From: an uncultured Thermoleophilia bacterium
Lineage (GTDB): Bacteria > Actinomycetota > Thermoleophilia > UBA2241
Reading direction: 5' to 3'
DNA: 64,000 bases
Assembly (NCBI GenBank): GCA_963702475.1
Contig: CAVPCT010000003.1
Span: 480,001-544,000, forward strand
Positions 41,274-52,373 of the stretch are shown one piece after another; position 1 is the stretch's first letter, and every line of letters begins with the position of its first letter. Made by a program: the position numbers and the translations under genes. Under the pieces are notes generated by a model. It saw only the letters and a list, made by a program, of their open reading frames with translations, searched no databases and was not told the origin of the DNA.

Positions 41274-42416
41274 TCAGAGCCCCTGCGGCAGGCGGATAGG
41301 GTATCTGCAGAAGAGGGCGGCGCCGCGGCCGGCGAGCCGGCTGACCTTGACCACGTCGCCCGTGTGCGGCGCCTCGATGAACAGGCCGTTGCCGATGCAG
41401 ATGCCGACGTGGTGGTAGAACGCCGGCGTGCCGAAGAACACGAGGTCCGCCGGCTGGACCCTGCTCGCCGGCACGGGCGTGCCCTGGTACGCCTGCATGG
41501 TCGCCCCGTGCGGGAACTGCACGCCGAACTTGGCGTACACGTACAGCACGAGGCCGGAGCAGTCGAAGCCGCCCGAGGGGGTCGCGCCGGCCCACACGTA
41601 CGGGATGCCGAGGTACTTCATCGTCTCTTTGATGACGGCGACCTGGGCGTCGCTGCCGTTGATGCTCTCGATGTCGACGCCGGCGGCGTCGGCCAGGCGC
41701 TGGGCCGCGGCAGCGTCGCGGAGCTCCTGCTCCCGGACGAGCTCCTTGACGCGCGCGTTCAGGTCGGAGAGCAGGGCCCGCCGATCGGCCAGCTGGTCCT
41801 CGACGTCCGCGCGCCGCGCGCGCAGCTCCTGCTCACTGCGCAGCGCCTCGGCGCGGTCGTCCTCGATCTGGCCGGTGAGCCCGGCGACGCCGGCCTCGAG
41901 CTTCTCTATGCCGGCCACGGTGTCGCGGTCTGCCTGGCTGATCTGGCGGAAGTAGTCGATCTGCGTGTCGATCTCGGTGAAGTCCCCGGCTCCGAGCAGG
42001 ATGTCGAAGACGCTGATACCGCCGTTCTTGTAGATGTCGGCCATGCGCTCGCCGAGCACCGCGCGGGCCACGTCGAGCTGCGTCTGTGCCCGCGCGAGGT
42101 CGGCGCGCATGGAGATGAGCTGGGCGTTGAGGTCGTCCAGCTGGGCGCGGGCGAGGTTGTACTTCTCGACGGTGACCTGGGTCTTGCGGTCCAGCCGCGC
42201 GACCTCCGTGCGCACCTGCGTCGCCTGGGCGCGGGCGGACGCGATGTCGGCGGTGAGGTCGGCCGGCGACGCAGACGGGGCGGGAGTCGCCGAAGACGAG
42301 GCCGCCGCCGCGATGGCGAGGACGGCCGCCGCCAGGGCGACGGCGATCGCCGCCGCCGCGCGGCGCCGTGGGGCGAGTGCGTGCTGCCGGAGCGGGGTCT
42401 TCACGGTCTCGTTCAC
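41274..42416 (-). CDS. Secreted coiled-coil plus NlpC/P60 peptidoglycan hydrolase (RipC/CwlO-like)
   Basis: LGIPYVWAG, FDCSGL, DLVFF, HHVGI; signal peptide; start approximate. Confidence 0.9.
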   Translation of the reverse strand: MNETVKTPLRQHALAPRRRAAAAIAVALAAAVLAIAAAASSSATPAPSASPADLTADIASARAQATQVRTEVARLDRKTQVTVEKYNLARAQLDDLNAQLISMRADLARAQTQLDVARAVLGERMADIYKNGGISVFDILLGAGDFTEIDTQIDYFRQISQADRDTVAGIEKLEAGVAGLTGQIEDDRAEALRSEQELRARRADVEDQLADRRALLSDLNARVKELVREQELRDAAAAQRLADAAGVDIESINGSDAQVAVIKETMKYLGIPYVWAGATPSGGFDCSGLVLYVYAKFGVQFPHGATMQAYQGTPVPASRVQPADLVFFGTPAFYHHVGICIGNGLFIEAPHTGDVVKVSRLAGRGAALFCRYPIRLPQGL

Positions 42417-42465
42417 TGTATCGGATGATACGTCGGCTCCTTTACGTCGTGCGACCGCACGAGGC

Positions 42466-42494
42466 TTTACAATCCTCGGACGGACGTCTAAACT
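42466..42494 (+). promoter_or_regulatory. Sigma70-type promoter of the tRNA gene
   Basis: TTTACA-17 nt-TAAACT. Confidence 0.7.
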
Positions 42495-42511
42495 CTGTGG
42501 TCCAGATACGT

Positions 42512-42588
<77 letters not shown>

Positions 42589-42593
42589 TGTGA

Positions 42594-42623
42594 GAGAGAG
42601 GCGCCCGCAAGGGCGCCTCTCTC
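42594..42623 (+). terminator. Terminator hairpin after the tRNA
   Basis: 13-bp stem gagagaggcgccc-GCAA-gggcgcctctctc. Confidence 0.75.
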
Positions 42624-42737
42624 GTTCACCCACGTGTCCCCGGCCTGTGTGTGCCGTCGCTGTGGTGCAGTCCACCCCGCGTGTGGGTATACAGGCCGCG
42701 ATTCTCAGTCGACCACTCACCTGTGCAGGGGGTCCCC

Positions 42738-43484
42738 ATGAACACTGGAAAGGCAGCCGCGGCGGAGTTCTTCGGCACGTTCTGGCTTGTCTTCGGCGGC
42801 ACCGGCGCCGCGGTGCTCGCCGCGTCCGTCGGGGACAGCGGGATCGGCTGGCTCGGCGTGTCACTCGCCTTCGGACTCACCGTGGTCACGATGGCGTACG
42901 CCGTCGGCCACATCTCCGGGGGGCACTTCAACCCGGCCGTCACGCTCGGCCTCTGGGCCGGCCGGCGCTTTCCCGGGAGCAAGGTGCTCGTCTACCTCGT
43001 CGCTCAGGTCGCCGGCGCCATCTGCGCCAGCGCCGTTCTGTACGTGATCGCCTCCGGAAGGGCCGGATTCACGCTGGCCGACGGCTTCGCGGCCAACGGC
43101 TACGGCGAGCACTCGCCGGCGGGGTACTCGCTGGCGGCCGGTATCGTCATCGAGCTCCTGATGACGTTCGCCTTCCTCCTCGTCATCCACGGCGTCACCG
43201 ACCGGCGCGCACCCGCCGGCCTTGCGCCCCTGGCCATCGGCCTGACGCTGGCGCTGATCCACCTGGTCTCCATCCCGGTCACCAACACGAGCGTGAACCC
43301 GGCCCGAAGCCTGGCTCCGGCGCTCTTCGTGGGGGGCTGGGCGCTGGCACAGCTCTGGGTGTTCATCGTCTTCCCCATCATCGGCGGCCTCGTCGGCGGG
43401 CTCGTGTACCGGTACGTGCTCGAGGTGCCGGCTGAGGCGCGCGACAGGGTGGAGGGTCCGGGCGAGGCGCCCGAGGGGGCCTGA
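42738..43484 (+). CDS. aqpZ: Aquaporin Z
   Basis: [33 protein letters not shown]. Confidence 0.95.
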   Translation: MNTGKAAAAEFFGTFWLVFGGTGAAVLAASVGDSGIGWLGVSLAFGLTVVTMAYAVGHISGGHFNPAVTLGLWAGRRFPGSKVLVYLVAQVAGAICASAVLYVIASGRAGFTLADGFAANGYGEHSPAGYSLAAGIVIELLMTFAFLLVIHGVTDRRAPAGLAPLAIGLTLALIHLVSIPVTNTSVNPARSLAPALFVGGWALAQLWVFIVFPIIGGLVGGLVYRYVLEVPAEARDRVEGPGEAPEGA

Positions 43485-43542
43485 GCCGTCGGGAGGACCG
43501 GCCGGCGAGGCGCAGCGGGTGCGCGGGCCGGTCCTTCTCGGT

Positions 43543-43585
43543 GCAGACGGCCCCGGCGGCGCAGCGCGCCGCCGGGGCCGTCTGC
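43543..43585. other. Perfect 20-bp hairpin downstream of aqpZ, abutting a TATGCT -10-like hexamer
   Basis: gcagacggccccggcggcgc-agc-gcgccgccggggccgtctgc. Confidence 0.65.
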
Positions 43586-43634
43586 TATGCTCGCAGCCGT
43601 TCCGGAGGGACATCATCCTCAGGAAGGAGGCGCC

Positions 43635-43982
43635 ATGACCGTCCTGCTCGTGGTCTCAACGGCCCCCTACGGGAGCGAGGGGCCGTACAACGCGTTCAGG
43701 CTTGCCGACGCACTCGCGCTGCGCGACGAGCACGTCGAAGTCTTTCTCATGGGCGACGCGGTGTGGGCGGCCCAGGCCGGGCAGGACCCGCGCGGAGCAC
43801 ACACCTCGCTGCAGCAGATGGCCGAGGCCCTGCTGGAGAAGGGTGTGGACGTCACCTGTTGCGGGACTTGCTGCACCACACGCGGCCTGGCCGAACAAGA
43901 CCTCATCCCTCAGGTGCGTCCGGGCACCATCCACGACCTGGCGGCGGCGGTGGCGAGGGCCGACAAGACCGTGTCGTTCTGA
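43635..43982 (+). CDS. DsrE/YchN-family protein
   Basis: APYGSE..YNAFRLA, FLMGDAV, CGTC..RG; SD AAGGAGG. Confidence 0.88.
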   Translation: MTVLLVVSTAPYGSEGPYNAFRLADALALRDEHVEVFLMGDAVWAAQAGQDPRGAHTSLQQMAEALLEKGVDVTCCGTCCTTRGLAEQDLIPQVRPGTIHDLAAAVARADKTVSF

Positions 43983-44018
43983 CGGCCGCCCGGCCCGGCT
44001 GACGCCCGCAGGCCCGTC

Positions 44019-45465
44019 GTGACGCGCGCCGACCCTCACTGCCTGCGCCTTGAGCGGCGGGTGGCCGCCTTCGTAGCCGAGCACGAGGTGCTGAGGCCGG
44101 CCGAACGCGTGCTGCTCATGCTCTCCGGCGGTCCCGACTCCATGGCGCTGTTCGCCATCGTGGCCGCCGTCGACCGGCGTCTCGCGCTCGGGCTCGGCTT
44201 CACGGCGGCGCACGTGGACTACCGGGCGCGCGGCCGTGAGTCGGACCGCGACCGCGAGATCGTGGAGCGCGCCTGCGCCGCGGCCGGCGTTCCGCTGCAC
44301 GTACTGCGTCTGGAGGAGCAGCTCAAGGGAGGCTCTTTCCAAGCGCGCGCGCGCGAGGTGAGGTACCGGCACGCGCGCGAGGTGATGCGGCGCGAGGCGG
44401 CTTCAGTCATCGTCACAGGTCACAACCGCGACGACCAGGCCGAGACGGTGTTGTACCGGCTGGCGAAGTACGCGAGCCCTCGAGGTCTCGCGGGGATGCG
44501 GCCGCGTGACGGCTATCTTGCGCGGCCGCTCCTGTGCCTCGGCGCGGCCGAGGTCCGGTCGTACTGCCGAGCAGCCGGTGTGGCGTTCGGCGAGGACGCG
44601 AGCAACGCCACGGCGGCGTACGCGAGGAACGTGCTGCGCCTCGAGGTCGTACCGCGGCTCGAGGCGCTCAACCCTCGCCTGACCGAGACGCTGGCGGCGG
44701 CGGCGTTGCAGGCCGCCGCCGAGGCCGACGTCCTGGCGGAGGTCGTCCGTGACGCCCGGCGCCGCGCGGCGGCCGACCCGGGCCCGCGTGAGCTGGCGGC
44801 CGTGGACGTCGCCGCGCTGGTGGCGGAACCGCCCGCCGTGCGCGCCCTCGTGCTCCACGACCTCGTCGCGGAGGCGCTCGGCGAGGGCGTATTGGTCGAG
44901 CGACGCGTGGTAGAGGCTCTCCTCGCCCTGGCGGCCCGTCCCGGAGGCGGCAGGACGCACCTCGGCCGCGACCTCGAGGCCGCCCGCGAGGGCGGCCTGC
45001 TCGTCGTCCGCCTGGCGCCGCCGCCGCATGCCTGCGCGCCTGTCGCCATCGACGGTGCCGAGCTGACCGCATCGGGCGAGGGTGTCCGGCTCCCCTTCTG
45101 CGGCAGGCACGTCGGGGTCGCGCTACGGCCGGGCGCCGTCTTCGATCGCGCCGCGGCCCGGTCGGGCGCGGGCTACGCCGGCTTGGCTGCGGCCCCCGCG
45201 CGGGTCGTCGTGCGTCACCCGCGCCGGGGCGAGCGCTTCGCACCGGCGGGCCTGGGTCGCGAGACCACGCTGGCCCGATTCCTGACCGCCGCAGCGTGTG
45301 TCGCCGGACGACCGCCGGTGCGCCGTCGTGCTCGACGTGGACGGCGCCGCCGCCTGGGTCGGCTTTGCTGTCCGCGGCGGCGGGCGCGGCGCGAGGGTTG
45401 CGCAGCCCTTCGTCGTGGACGAAAGTAGTGGCTGTACCCTGCACGTGAAGCTGGAGGAAGCGTGA
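44019..45465 (+). CDS. tilS: tRNA(Ile)-lysidine synthase; apparent +1 frameshift near 45293
   Basis: SGGPDS, AREVRY, GHNRDDQAET, RPLL. The C-terminal domain (RVSPDDRRCAVVLDVDGAAAWVG...LEEA*) continues in another frame to TGA 45465, overlapping the hpt start. Confidence 0.92.
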
Positions 45466-46028
45466 GCGACCCCATCGCCGAAGTCCTCATCGGCAGCGAG
45501 GAGCTGGCCCGCCGCGTCGACGAGATCGGCGCCCGGATATCCCGCGACTACGAAGGCAAGGAGCTCCTGCTCGTCTGCGTGCTCAAGGGGGCCGTGTTCT
45601 TCCTGGCCGACCTCGCGCGTCGCATCGAGTGCCCCGTGTCCCTGGACTTCATGGCCGTGTCGAGTTATGGCTCGTCCACCGACTCTTCTGGTGTCGTGCG
45701 CATCCTGAAGGACCTCGATCTCGACATGCGCGGCCGTCACGTCCTCATCGTCGAGGACATCATCGACTCGGGCCTTACGCTCAGCTACCTGCTCAAGAAT
45801 CTGCGCAGTCGCGGGCCCGCCTCGCTGGAGGTGTGCGCGCTCCTCACCAAGCCGTCGCGGCGGCGTATCGAGATCCCCTGCCGGTACGTCGGCTTCGAGA
45901 TCGAGGACAAGTTCGTGGTCGGATACGGTCTCGACCTCGCCGACCACTTCCGCACGCTCGACTTCATCGGCGTCCTCACCCCCGAGGCGGCCGCGGACAT
46001 CATGGACCAGGCGGGTTCTTTGCTGTAG
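45462..46028 (+). CDS. hpt: Hypoxanthine phosphoribosyltransferase
   Basis: VLKGA, SSYGSST, VEDIIDSGLTL, FVVGYGLD. Confidence 0.97.
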   Translation: MSDPIAEVLIGSEELARRVDEIGARISRDYEGKELLLVCVLKGAVFFLADLARRIECPVSLDFMAVSSYGSSTDSSGVVRILKDLDLDMRGRHVLIVEDIIDSGLTLSYLLKNLRSRGPASLEVCALLTKPSRRRIEIPCRYVGFEIEDKFVVGYGLDLADHFRTLDFIGVLTPEAAADIMDQAGSLL

Positions 46029-46121
46029 AGCAGGGGGTATGCTTAGGTGGCAAGCCGGGCGCGTGCACGTGTCGTGCCTGCCTTCTTTCAGTCCATTCCA
46101 TACCGGCACCAGAGGGTGTAC

Positions 46122-48306
46122 GTGAGCAGATTCATCCGCAGCGCGCTGTTCCCGATCCTCATCGTCATCATCGTGGCGATGTTCATCGAGTGGGTCATCC
46201 AGGGGAACAGCGACAACAACGCGCCGAAGGCCGTGTACTCGGCTCCGGGCATGGCCACAGAGCAGGTCCTCGAGAACGACCTGCGCGCCGGCATCGTCCA
46301 GTCCGTGATCATCGACCCCACGAGCAAGCTGGCCTCGGTCACGCAGGCCGGCGGCGTCTCGTACGTCACCCAGGTCGCAGATCCGGTGCTCCTGAAGACC
46401 GAGCTGACGGAGGTCGAGCCCCCGATCACCGTGAGTGAGGGCGCGGTCACCAAGCCCCCCGTGGTGCCGAGCTTCACCAACGACCTCATCAACGGCAAGG
46501 TCGCCAGCGTGGTGATGAACACCAAAGACCAGGTGCTCGACGTCACGCTGGTCGCCCCGGAGGGAAGCAAGGCCACGCAGTACACCGTGGGCTTCGCCGA
46601 CCCGACCATGACCACGGAGTTGCTCAACCAGTACCAGGTGCCCTACGACGCCAAGAGCCCCAAGTCGCCGTGGTGGACCGGGGCGCTCACGTTCATCCTG
46701 CCGTTCATCCTCATCATCGGGTTCTGGATCTTCATCATGAACCAGATGCAGGGCGGCGGCTCCAAGGTCATGAGCTTCGGCAAGAGCAAGGCGAAGCGCG
46801 TCAGCGTCGACTCGCCCAAGGTGACGTTCAAGGACGTCGCCGGCTGCGAGGAGGCGGTCGAGGAGCTGCACGAGATCAAGGAGTTCCTCGAGAACCCCAA
46901 GAAGTTCCAGCAGCTCGGCGCCCGCATCCCCAAGGGCGTGCTGCTCTTCGGCCCGCCCGGCACCGGCAAGACCCTGCTGGCCAGGGCCGTGGCCGGCGAG
47001 GCGGGCGTGCCGTTCTTTTCCATCAGCGGCTCGGACTTCGTCGAGATGTTCGTCGGTGTCGGCGCGTCACGCGTTCGCGACCTCTTCGAGCAGGCCAAGC
47101 AGAACGCGCCGTGCATCATCTTCGTGGACGAGATCGACGCTGTGGGCCGCCACCGTGGCGCCGGCCTCGGCGGCGGCCACGACGAGCGCGAGCAGACGCT
47201 CAACCAGCTGCTCGTCGAGATGGACGGCTTCGAGATGAAGGACAACATCATCCTCATCGCCGCCACCAACCGCCCCGACATCCTCGACCCGGCGCTGCTG
47301 CGCCCGGGGCGCTTCGACCGGCAGATCGTGGTCGACCGTCCCGACAGGCCGGGGCGCCGCGCGATCCTCGACGTGCACTCGCGCGGCAAGCCGATCAGCA
47401 AGGACATCGACCTCGACGCGCTGGCCGCGCAGACGCCGGGCTTCACCGGCGCCGACCTGGCCAACCTCGTCAACGAAGCGGCCCTGCTGGCGGCGCGCTA
47501 CGGCAAGAAGATCATCGAGATGAACGAGCTCGAAGAGGGCATCATGCGCGTCCTCGCCGGACCCGAGAAGAAGACCCGCATCATCTCCGAGAAGGAGAAG
47601 GCGGTCACGGCCTACCACGAGATGGGCCACGCCCTGGTCGGCCACTTCCTCGAGCACACCGACCCCGTGCACAAGATCTCGCGTGGTCAGCCGCGGCCAG
47701 GCCTTGGGCTTCACGATCTCGCTGCCCACCGAGGACAAGTTCCTCACCACCAAGGGCGAGCTCATGGACACCCTGGCCATGACCCTCGGCGGGCGCGCCG
47801 CCGAGGAGGTCGTGTTCGGTGAGATCACCACCGGCGCCGCCAACGACCTGGAGAAGGCCACGGCCACGGCCAAGCAGATGATCATGCGCTTCGGTATGAG
47901 CGAGGAGCTCGGGCCGCGCACGCTCGGTCACGACCAGTCCATGCCGTTCCTGGGGCGCGAGTTCCAGCAGCAGGCCGACTACTCGGACGAGGTGGCGCGC
48001 CAGATCGACGATGAGATCCGCCGCATCATCGAGGAGGCGCACCAGACGGCCGTCGACCTGCTCACCGAGAAGCGCGACCTGCTCGACACCATCAGCAAGA
48101 TCCTCATGACGCGCGAGACCATCGAGGCCGCCGAGTTCCAGGCCCTCGTCGACGGCGTGCCCGATGAAGAGGTCTTCCGCGAGCGCGACGAGAAGGCGGC
48201 ACAGCGGCGCGCCAAGCTCGGGCAGGACCGCGGCACGCGGCGCCCGTCGCAGCCTCCCGTGCCCAAGCCGGCGCACGTGAACCCGGTCAACCCGGAGACC
48301 ACCTGA
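46122..48306 (+). CDS. ftsH: ATP-dependent zinc metalloprotease FtsH; apparent +1 frameshift near 47682
   Basis: [29 protein letters not shown]; HKIS|VVSRGQALG continues in ORF 47683-48306. Confidence 0.96.
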
Positions 48307-48332
48307 CGGCCCCGGGCCGGCCGGAGACGCTT

Positions 48333-48902
48333 GTGGATCGCGAGAAGATCGAAAGAGGAGTGAGGCTGCTCCTCGAGGGCATCGGGGAGGACCTCGAGCG
48401 CCCCGGGCTGGTCGGCACGCCCCGCCGTGTCGCCGACATGTACGAGGACATCTTCTCGGGCATCGCAGGGTCCGACCCCGCCGAGCTGCTCACAGCCATG
48501 GAGGGCGACCACCACCGCGAGATGGTCATCATCCGCGACATAGACTTCTACTCGGTGTGCGAGCACCATCTGCTGCCGTTCGCCGGCATGGCGCACGTGG
48601 CCTACATCCCCAGCCGGGAGGGGCACATCTGTGGCCTCTCCAAGCTGGCCAGGGTCGTGCGCCAGGTGGCGGCGCGCCCGCAACTGCAGGAGCGCATCAC
48701 CACCGAGGTGGCCGACATCATCGTGCGCGCCCTCAATCCGGCGGGCGCGCTGGTGCTCATCCAGGCCGAGCACCTGTGCATGTCGATGCGCGGCGTGCGC
48801 ACGCCGGGCTCCAAGACCGTCACCAGCGCCGTGCGCGGCATCATCCAGTCGCACGACGCCACACGGGCCGAGGCGTTCGCCCTCATCAACACGCCGCGCT
48901 GA
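48333..48902 (+). CDS. folE: GTP cyclohydrolase I
   Basis: CEHHLLPF, GLSKLAR, QLQER, HLCMSMRG. Confidence 0.97.
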   Translation: MDREKIERGVRLLLEGIGEDLERPGLVGTPRRVADMYEDIFSGIAGSDPAELLTAMEGDHHREMVIIRDIDFYSVCEHHLLPFAGMAHVAYIPSREGHICGLSKLARVVRQVAARPQLQERITTEVADIIVRALNPAGALVLIQAEHLCMSMRGVRTPGSKTVTSAVRGIIQSHDATRAEAFALINTPR

Positions 48903-48913
48903 CCTGCCGCCAC

Positions 48914-49756
48914 GTGACCGGCGTCCCGCCCACCTGCTCGCTGGACATCCTCTTCCCCTGCCTCATGGGGGTGGTGAACGTCACCCCCGACTCGTTCTCG
49001 GATGGGGGCAGCTTCTTCGACGCGGAGGATGCCCTGGCGCAGAGCCTCGCGCTCGTACGTGACGGCGCCGCGATCGTCGACATCGGTGGCGAGTCCACGC
49101 GGCCGGGGTCGGATGCGGTGAGCCTCGACGAGGAGATGCGTCGCGTCGTGCCCGTGGTCGAGGCGCTCGCCGAGCGGGTCGGGGTGCCCATCTCCGTCGA
49201 CACCATGAAGGCCGAGGTCGCCCGCCGCGCACTCGCCGCCGGCGCCGCGGTCATCAACGACGTCAGCGCCCTGCGCTTCGACGACGCCATGGTGGACGTC
49301 GTCGCGGAGTCGGGCCGCCCGGTGTGCCTCATGCACATGAAGGGCGAGCCGAAGAGCATGCAGGACGACCCGCGCTACGACGACGTGGTCGACGAGGTCC
49401 AGCGCTTTCTCGAGGAGCGCATGTCGTACGCCCTGGCGCGGGGTGTGCGCGAGGACCAGATCATGCTCGACCCCGGCATCGGCTTCGGCAAGACGGTCGA
49501 GCACAACCTCGCCCTGCTCAGGCATCTCGAGCGCTTCACCGCACTCGGCAGGCCGGTGGTGCTGGGCACGTCGCGCAAGCGGTTCCTTGGGGCCATCCTC
49601 GGCTCCAGCCCTACCGAGCGCATCACGGGGACCGTCGCCACCACGGTCATCGGCCTGCTCGCCGGGGCGCACGTGTTCCGTGTCCACGACGTGCGCCCCA
49701 ATTTCGAGGCGCTCCGTGTCACGCTGGCCGTTCTCGAAGGCACGCCGGCGGCGTGA
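48914..49756 (+). CDS. folP: Dihydropteroate synthase
   Basis: MGVVNVTPDSFSDGG, GGESTRPG, DPGIGFGK, SRKRF, RVHDV; start approximate. Confidence 0.96.
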   Translation: MTGVPPTCSLDILFPCLMGVVNVTPDSFSDGGSFFDAEDALAQSLALVRDGAAIVDIGGESTRPGSDAVSLDEEMRRVVPVVEALAERVGVPISVDTMKAEVARRALAAGAAVINDVSALRFDDAMVDVVAESGRPVCLMHMKGEPKSMQDDPRYDDVVDEVQRFLEERMSYALARGVREDQIMLDPGIGFGKTVEHNLALLRHLERFTALGRPVVLGTSRKRFLGAILGSSPTERITGTVATTVIGLLAGAHVFRVHDVRPNFEALRVTLAVLEGTPAA

Positions 49757-49790
49757 GCTCCGACGGCCGCCGCACCCCCCAGGAGGCTCG

Positions 49791-50156
49791 ATGACACGCA
49801 CCCTTTCCATCGCTCTCGAAGGCATCGAGCTCCGCGGTCGCTGCGGCGTGACCCCCGAGGAGCGCATGATCGGCCAGACGCTCGCCATCAACGTCCGGCT
49901 GGAGCCGGCGGAGTGCAGTGGCGCCGAGACCGACGAGCTTGAGGGTACCGTCAACTACGGGCAGGTCGCGCGGATCGTGCGCGACATCGTGGAGAACGGC
50001 GAGTTCAAGCTGCTCGAGCGGCTGGGCACGGTGCTCTGCGACACGATCTGGGGGGCGTTCGAGCTCCGCTTCCTGGAGGTCTCGGTGGCCAAGATCGCGC
50101 CGCCCACCGTCATCCCCGCCTCCGCGGCGCGCGTGGAGATCGTACGCACGTCGTGA
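49791..50156 (+). CDS. folB: Dihydroneopterin aldolase
   Basis: GVTPEER..GQ, TVNYG, FKLLE; position between folP and folK. Confidence 0.9.
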   Translation: MTRTLSIALEGIELRGRCGVTPEERMIGQTLAINVRLEPAECSGAETDELEGTVNYGQVARIVRDIVENGEFKLLERLGTVLCDTIWGAFELRFLEVSVAKIAPPTVIPASAARVEIVRTS

Positions 50157-50662
50157 GCGAGGCGCCGGTCAGGCGTGCGTTCCTGTCGCTCGGGTCTAAC
50201 CTGGGCGACCGCGCGGCCACGCTGGCGGCCGCCCGTGAGGCGCTGGCCGCCCTGCCGGGCACCACGATCGTCGCTGTCTCCGGCATCTACGAGACGGCGC
50301 CGCAGGATCGCGAAGGGCAGCCCGAGTTCCTCAACCAGGTGGTGTGTCTGGACACGGGGCTCGACCCTCACGATCTCCTCGCCGAGTGCCAGCGCATAGA
50401 GCACGAGCACGGCCGCACCCGTGAGTTGCGCTTCGGGCCTCGCACGCTCGATGTGGATATACTCCTCGTCCAAGATGTGGAGTCTCGCGACCCGGAGCTC
50501 ACGCTGCCTCACCCGCGCATGCTGCGACGGGCCTTCGTGCTGGTCCCGCTGCGGGAGATCTGGGGTCACGCGCGGGGTATGGACGAGATCGACGTCGCCG
50601 CCTTGGCCGCCGAGGCCGCGCGCGAGCAGCCTGTGCGGCCGTACCGCGCGGCGGAGGCCTGA
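50153..50662 (+). CDS. folK: 6-hydroxymethyl-7,8-dihydropterin pyrophosphokinase
   Basis: SLGSNLGDR, FLNQV, GPRTLDVDIL, LPHPRM. Confidence 0.96.
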   Translation: MSEAPVRRAFLSLGSNLGDRAATLAAAREALAALPGTTIVAVSGIYETAPQDREGQPEFLNQVVCLDTGLDPHDLLAECQRIEHEHGRTRELRFGPRTLDVDILLVQDVESRDPELTLPHPRMLRRAFVLVPLREIWGHARGMDEIDVAALAAEAAREQPVRPYRAAEA

Positions 50663-50729
50663 CCCTTTGAGCGCGACTGCCCAGGCCCTCCCGGGGCGCA
50701 GGCCGCGCCGGTCGCGCTGAGGCTCGCCG

Positions 50730-52373
50730 GTGCCGCGCCCGTACATCGCCAGCCGCACGCCAGGCGTGCTCAACCGGCGCACCTTCGACGTGCTCGTGCT
50801 GGGCGGCGGCATAGCCGGCCTCACGGCCGCCATGGGCGCCGCCCGGCGCTGGCGCGTCGGGCTCCTCACCAAGGCCGGGTTCGACGACACCACCACGTTC
50901 CTCGCACAGGGAGGCATCGCCGCCGCCCTGGGACCCACCGATTCGCCGGACCTGCACTTCGAGGACACCGTGAACGCTGGGGCCGGCCTGTGCGACGAGG
51001 CCGCCGTACGTGTGCTGGTGGACGAGGGCCCCGAGCGTGTGCGCGAGCTCATGGACATCTGCCCGCGCTTCGACAAGGTCGATGGGCAGATCGTGCTGGG
51101 TCGCGAGGGTGCCCACTCGGTGGCGCGCGTGGTGCACGCCGGGGGCGACGCTACCGGCAGCGAGGTGTCGAGCGCCCTCGCCGAGGCGGCTCGGGTGGGC
51201 AGCAGCGTGGCGCTCTACGAGAACGAGTTCGTCATCGACCTGCTCACTGTGGACGGCCGCTGCGTCGGAGCCCTCTCGCTGGACCTCGACGACGGCGTGC
51301 CCACGCTGAACGTCGCCATGGTCACCGTGCTCGCCACCGGGGGCGCGGGGCAGGTGTACGGGCGCACCACCAACCCGCGCGTGGCCACCGGCGACGGCGT
51401 CGCCATGGCCTACCGTGCGGGCGCCGCCATCCGCGATCTGGAGTTCGTGCAGTTCCACCCCACAGGGCTCGCCGCACCGGGGCAGGAGACGGTGCTGCTC
51501 ATCACCGAGGCGTTGCGCGGCGAGGGCGCGTACCTGCGCAACGAGGCCGGCGAGCGCTTCATGGCCAAGTACGACGCGCGCGGCGAGCTCGCGTCCCGCG
51601 ACGTGGTAGTGCGTGGCATGGAGGTGGAGATGCGCGCGGCCGGCACCGACCACGTCTATCTCGATGCCACCCATCTCGACGCCGCCTGGCTGCAGGAGCG
51701 TTTCCCCAATGTCACCAAGGGTCTCGCAACTCACGGACTCGACCTGGCCACACAGCTCATCCCCGTGTCGCCGGTGTGCCACTACTTCGTGGGCGGCGTG
51801 GTCACCGACGTGTGGGGCCGCACCACGGTGCCGGGCCTGTACGCCAGTGGGGAGGTGGCGAGCACCGGCGTGCACGGCGCCAACCGGCTGGCCAGCAACT
51901 CGCTTCTCGAGGGCCTCGTGTTCAGCGACCGTGTGGTGCGCGACCTCGACCGGTACGTCGGGCGCCTGGGCGAAGACGTCAGGCGCCTGCGCTTCGATCT
52001 GCCCGAGGCGGCCGGCGACGGCGGCGGCAGCGATGCTGCTCAGGCCCGTCGCCGGCTCACCGCTGTGATGTCGGACAAGGTCGGCGTGGTGCGCCGCGCC
52101 GACGCCCTCGGCGAGGCGCTGGCCGACCTCGGCTCCCTCACCTCGGAGGTGCAGTTCGCGCGGATGGGGGCCCCGGAGTACGAGCTTCTCAACCTGCTCA
52201 CGCTGGGCACCCAGATCGCCAAGTGTGCGCTGCTGCGCGAGGAGTCGCGCGGCGTGCACCTGCGCGAGGACTTCCCGGCGCTCGACGACGAGCAGTGGCG
52301 GCGTCATCTCACGTTGCGGCTGCCGCCCGAGGAGCGCGAGGAGGGTCTCGTGGGCAAGGTGGAACGCCAATGA
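50730..52373 (+). CDS. nadB: L-aspartate oxidase
   Basis: AQGGIAA, REGAHS, QFHPT, TEALRGEG, HGANRLASNSLLE, ESRGVH. Confidence 0.95.
   Translation: MPRPYIASRTPGVLNRRTFDVLVLGGGIAGLTAAMGAARRWRVGLLTKAGFDDTTTFLAQGGIAAALGPTDSPDLHFEDTVNAGAGLCDEAAVRVLVDEGPERVRELMDICPRFDKVDGQIVLGREGAHSVARVVHAGGDATGSEVSSALAEAARVGSSVALYENEFVIDLLTVDGRCVGALSLDLDDGVPTLNVAMVTVLATGGAGQVYGRTTNPRVATGDGVAMAYRAGAAIRDLEFVQFHPTGLAAPGQETVLLITEALRGEGAYLRNEAGERFMAKYDARGELASRDVVVRGMEVEMRAAGTDHVYLDATHLDAAWLQERFPNVTKGLATHGLDLATQLIPVSPVCHYFVGGVVTDVWGRTTVPGLYASGEVASTGVHGANRLASNSLLEGLVFSDRVVRDLDRYVGRLGEDVRRLRFDLPEAAGDGGGSDAAQARRRLTAVMSDKVGVVRRADALGEALADLGSLTSEVQFARMGAPEYELLNLLTLGTQIAKCALLREESRGVHLREDFPALDDEQWRRHLTLRLPPEEREEGLVGKVERQ

Noticed and set aside
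42671-42681. 11-nt reverse complement of the tRNA-fMet 5' end downstream of the tRNA
   Set aside because: Short and GC-rich, so plausible by chance; no direct repeat of the tRNA 3' end and no integrase, so no integrated element is supported.
47670-47700. Programmed frameshift in ftsH (or tilS)
   Set aside because: No slippery sequence; similar single-base insertions recur in unrelated genes, which points to sequencing error.
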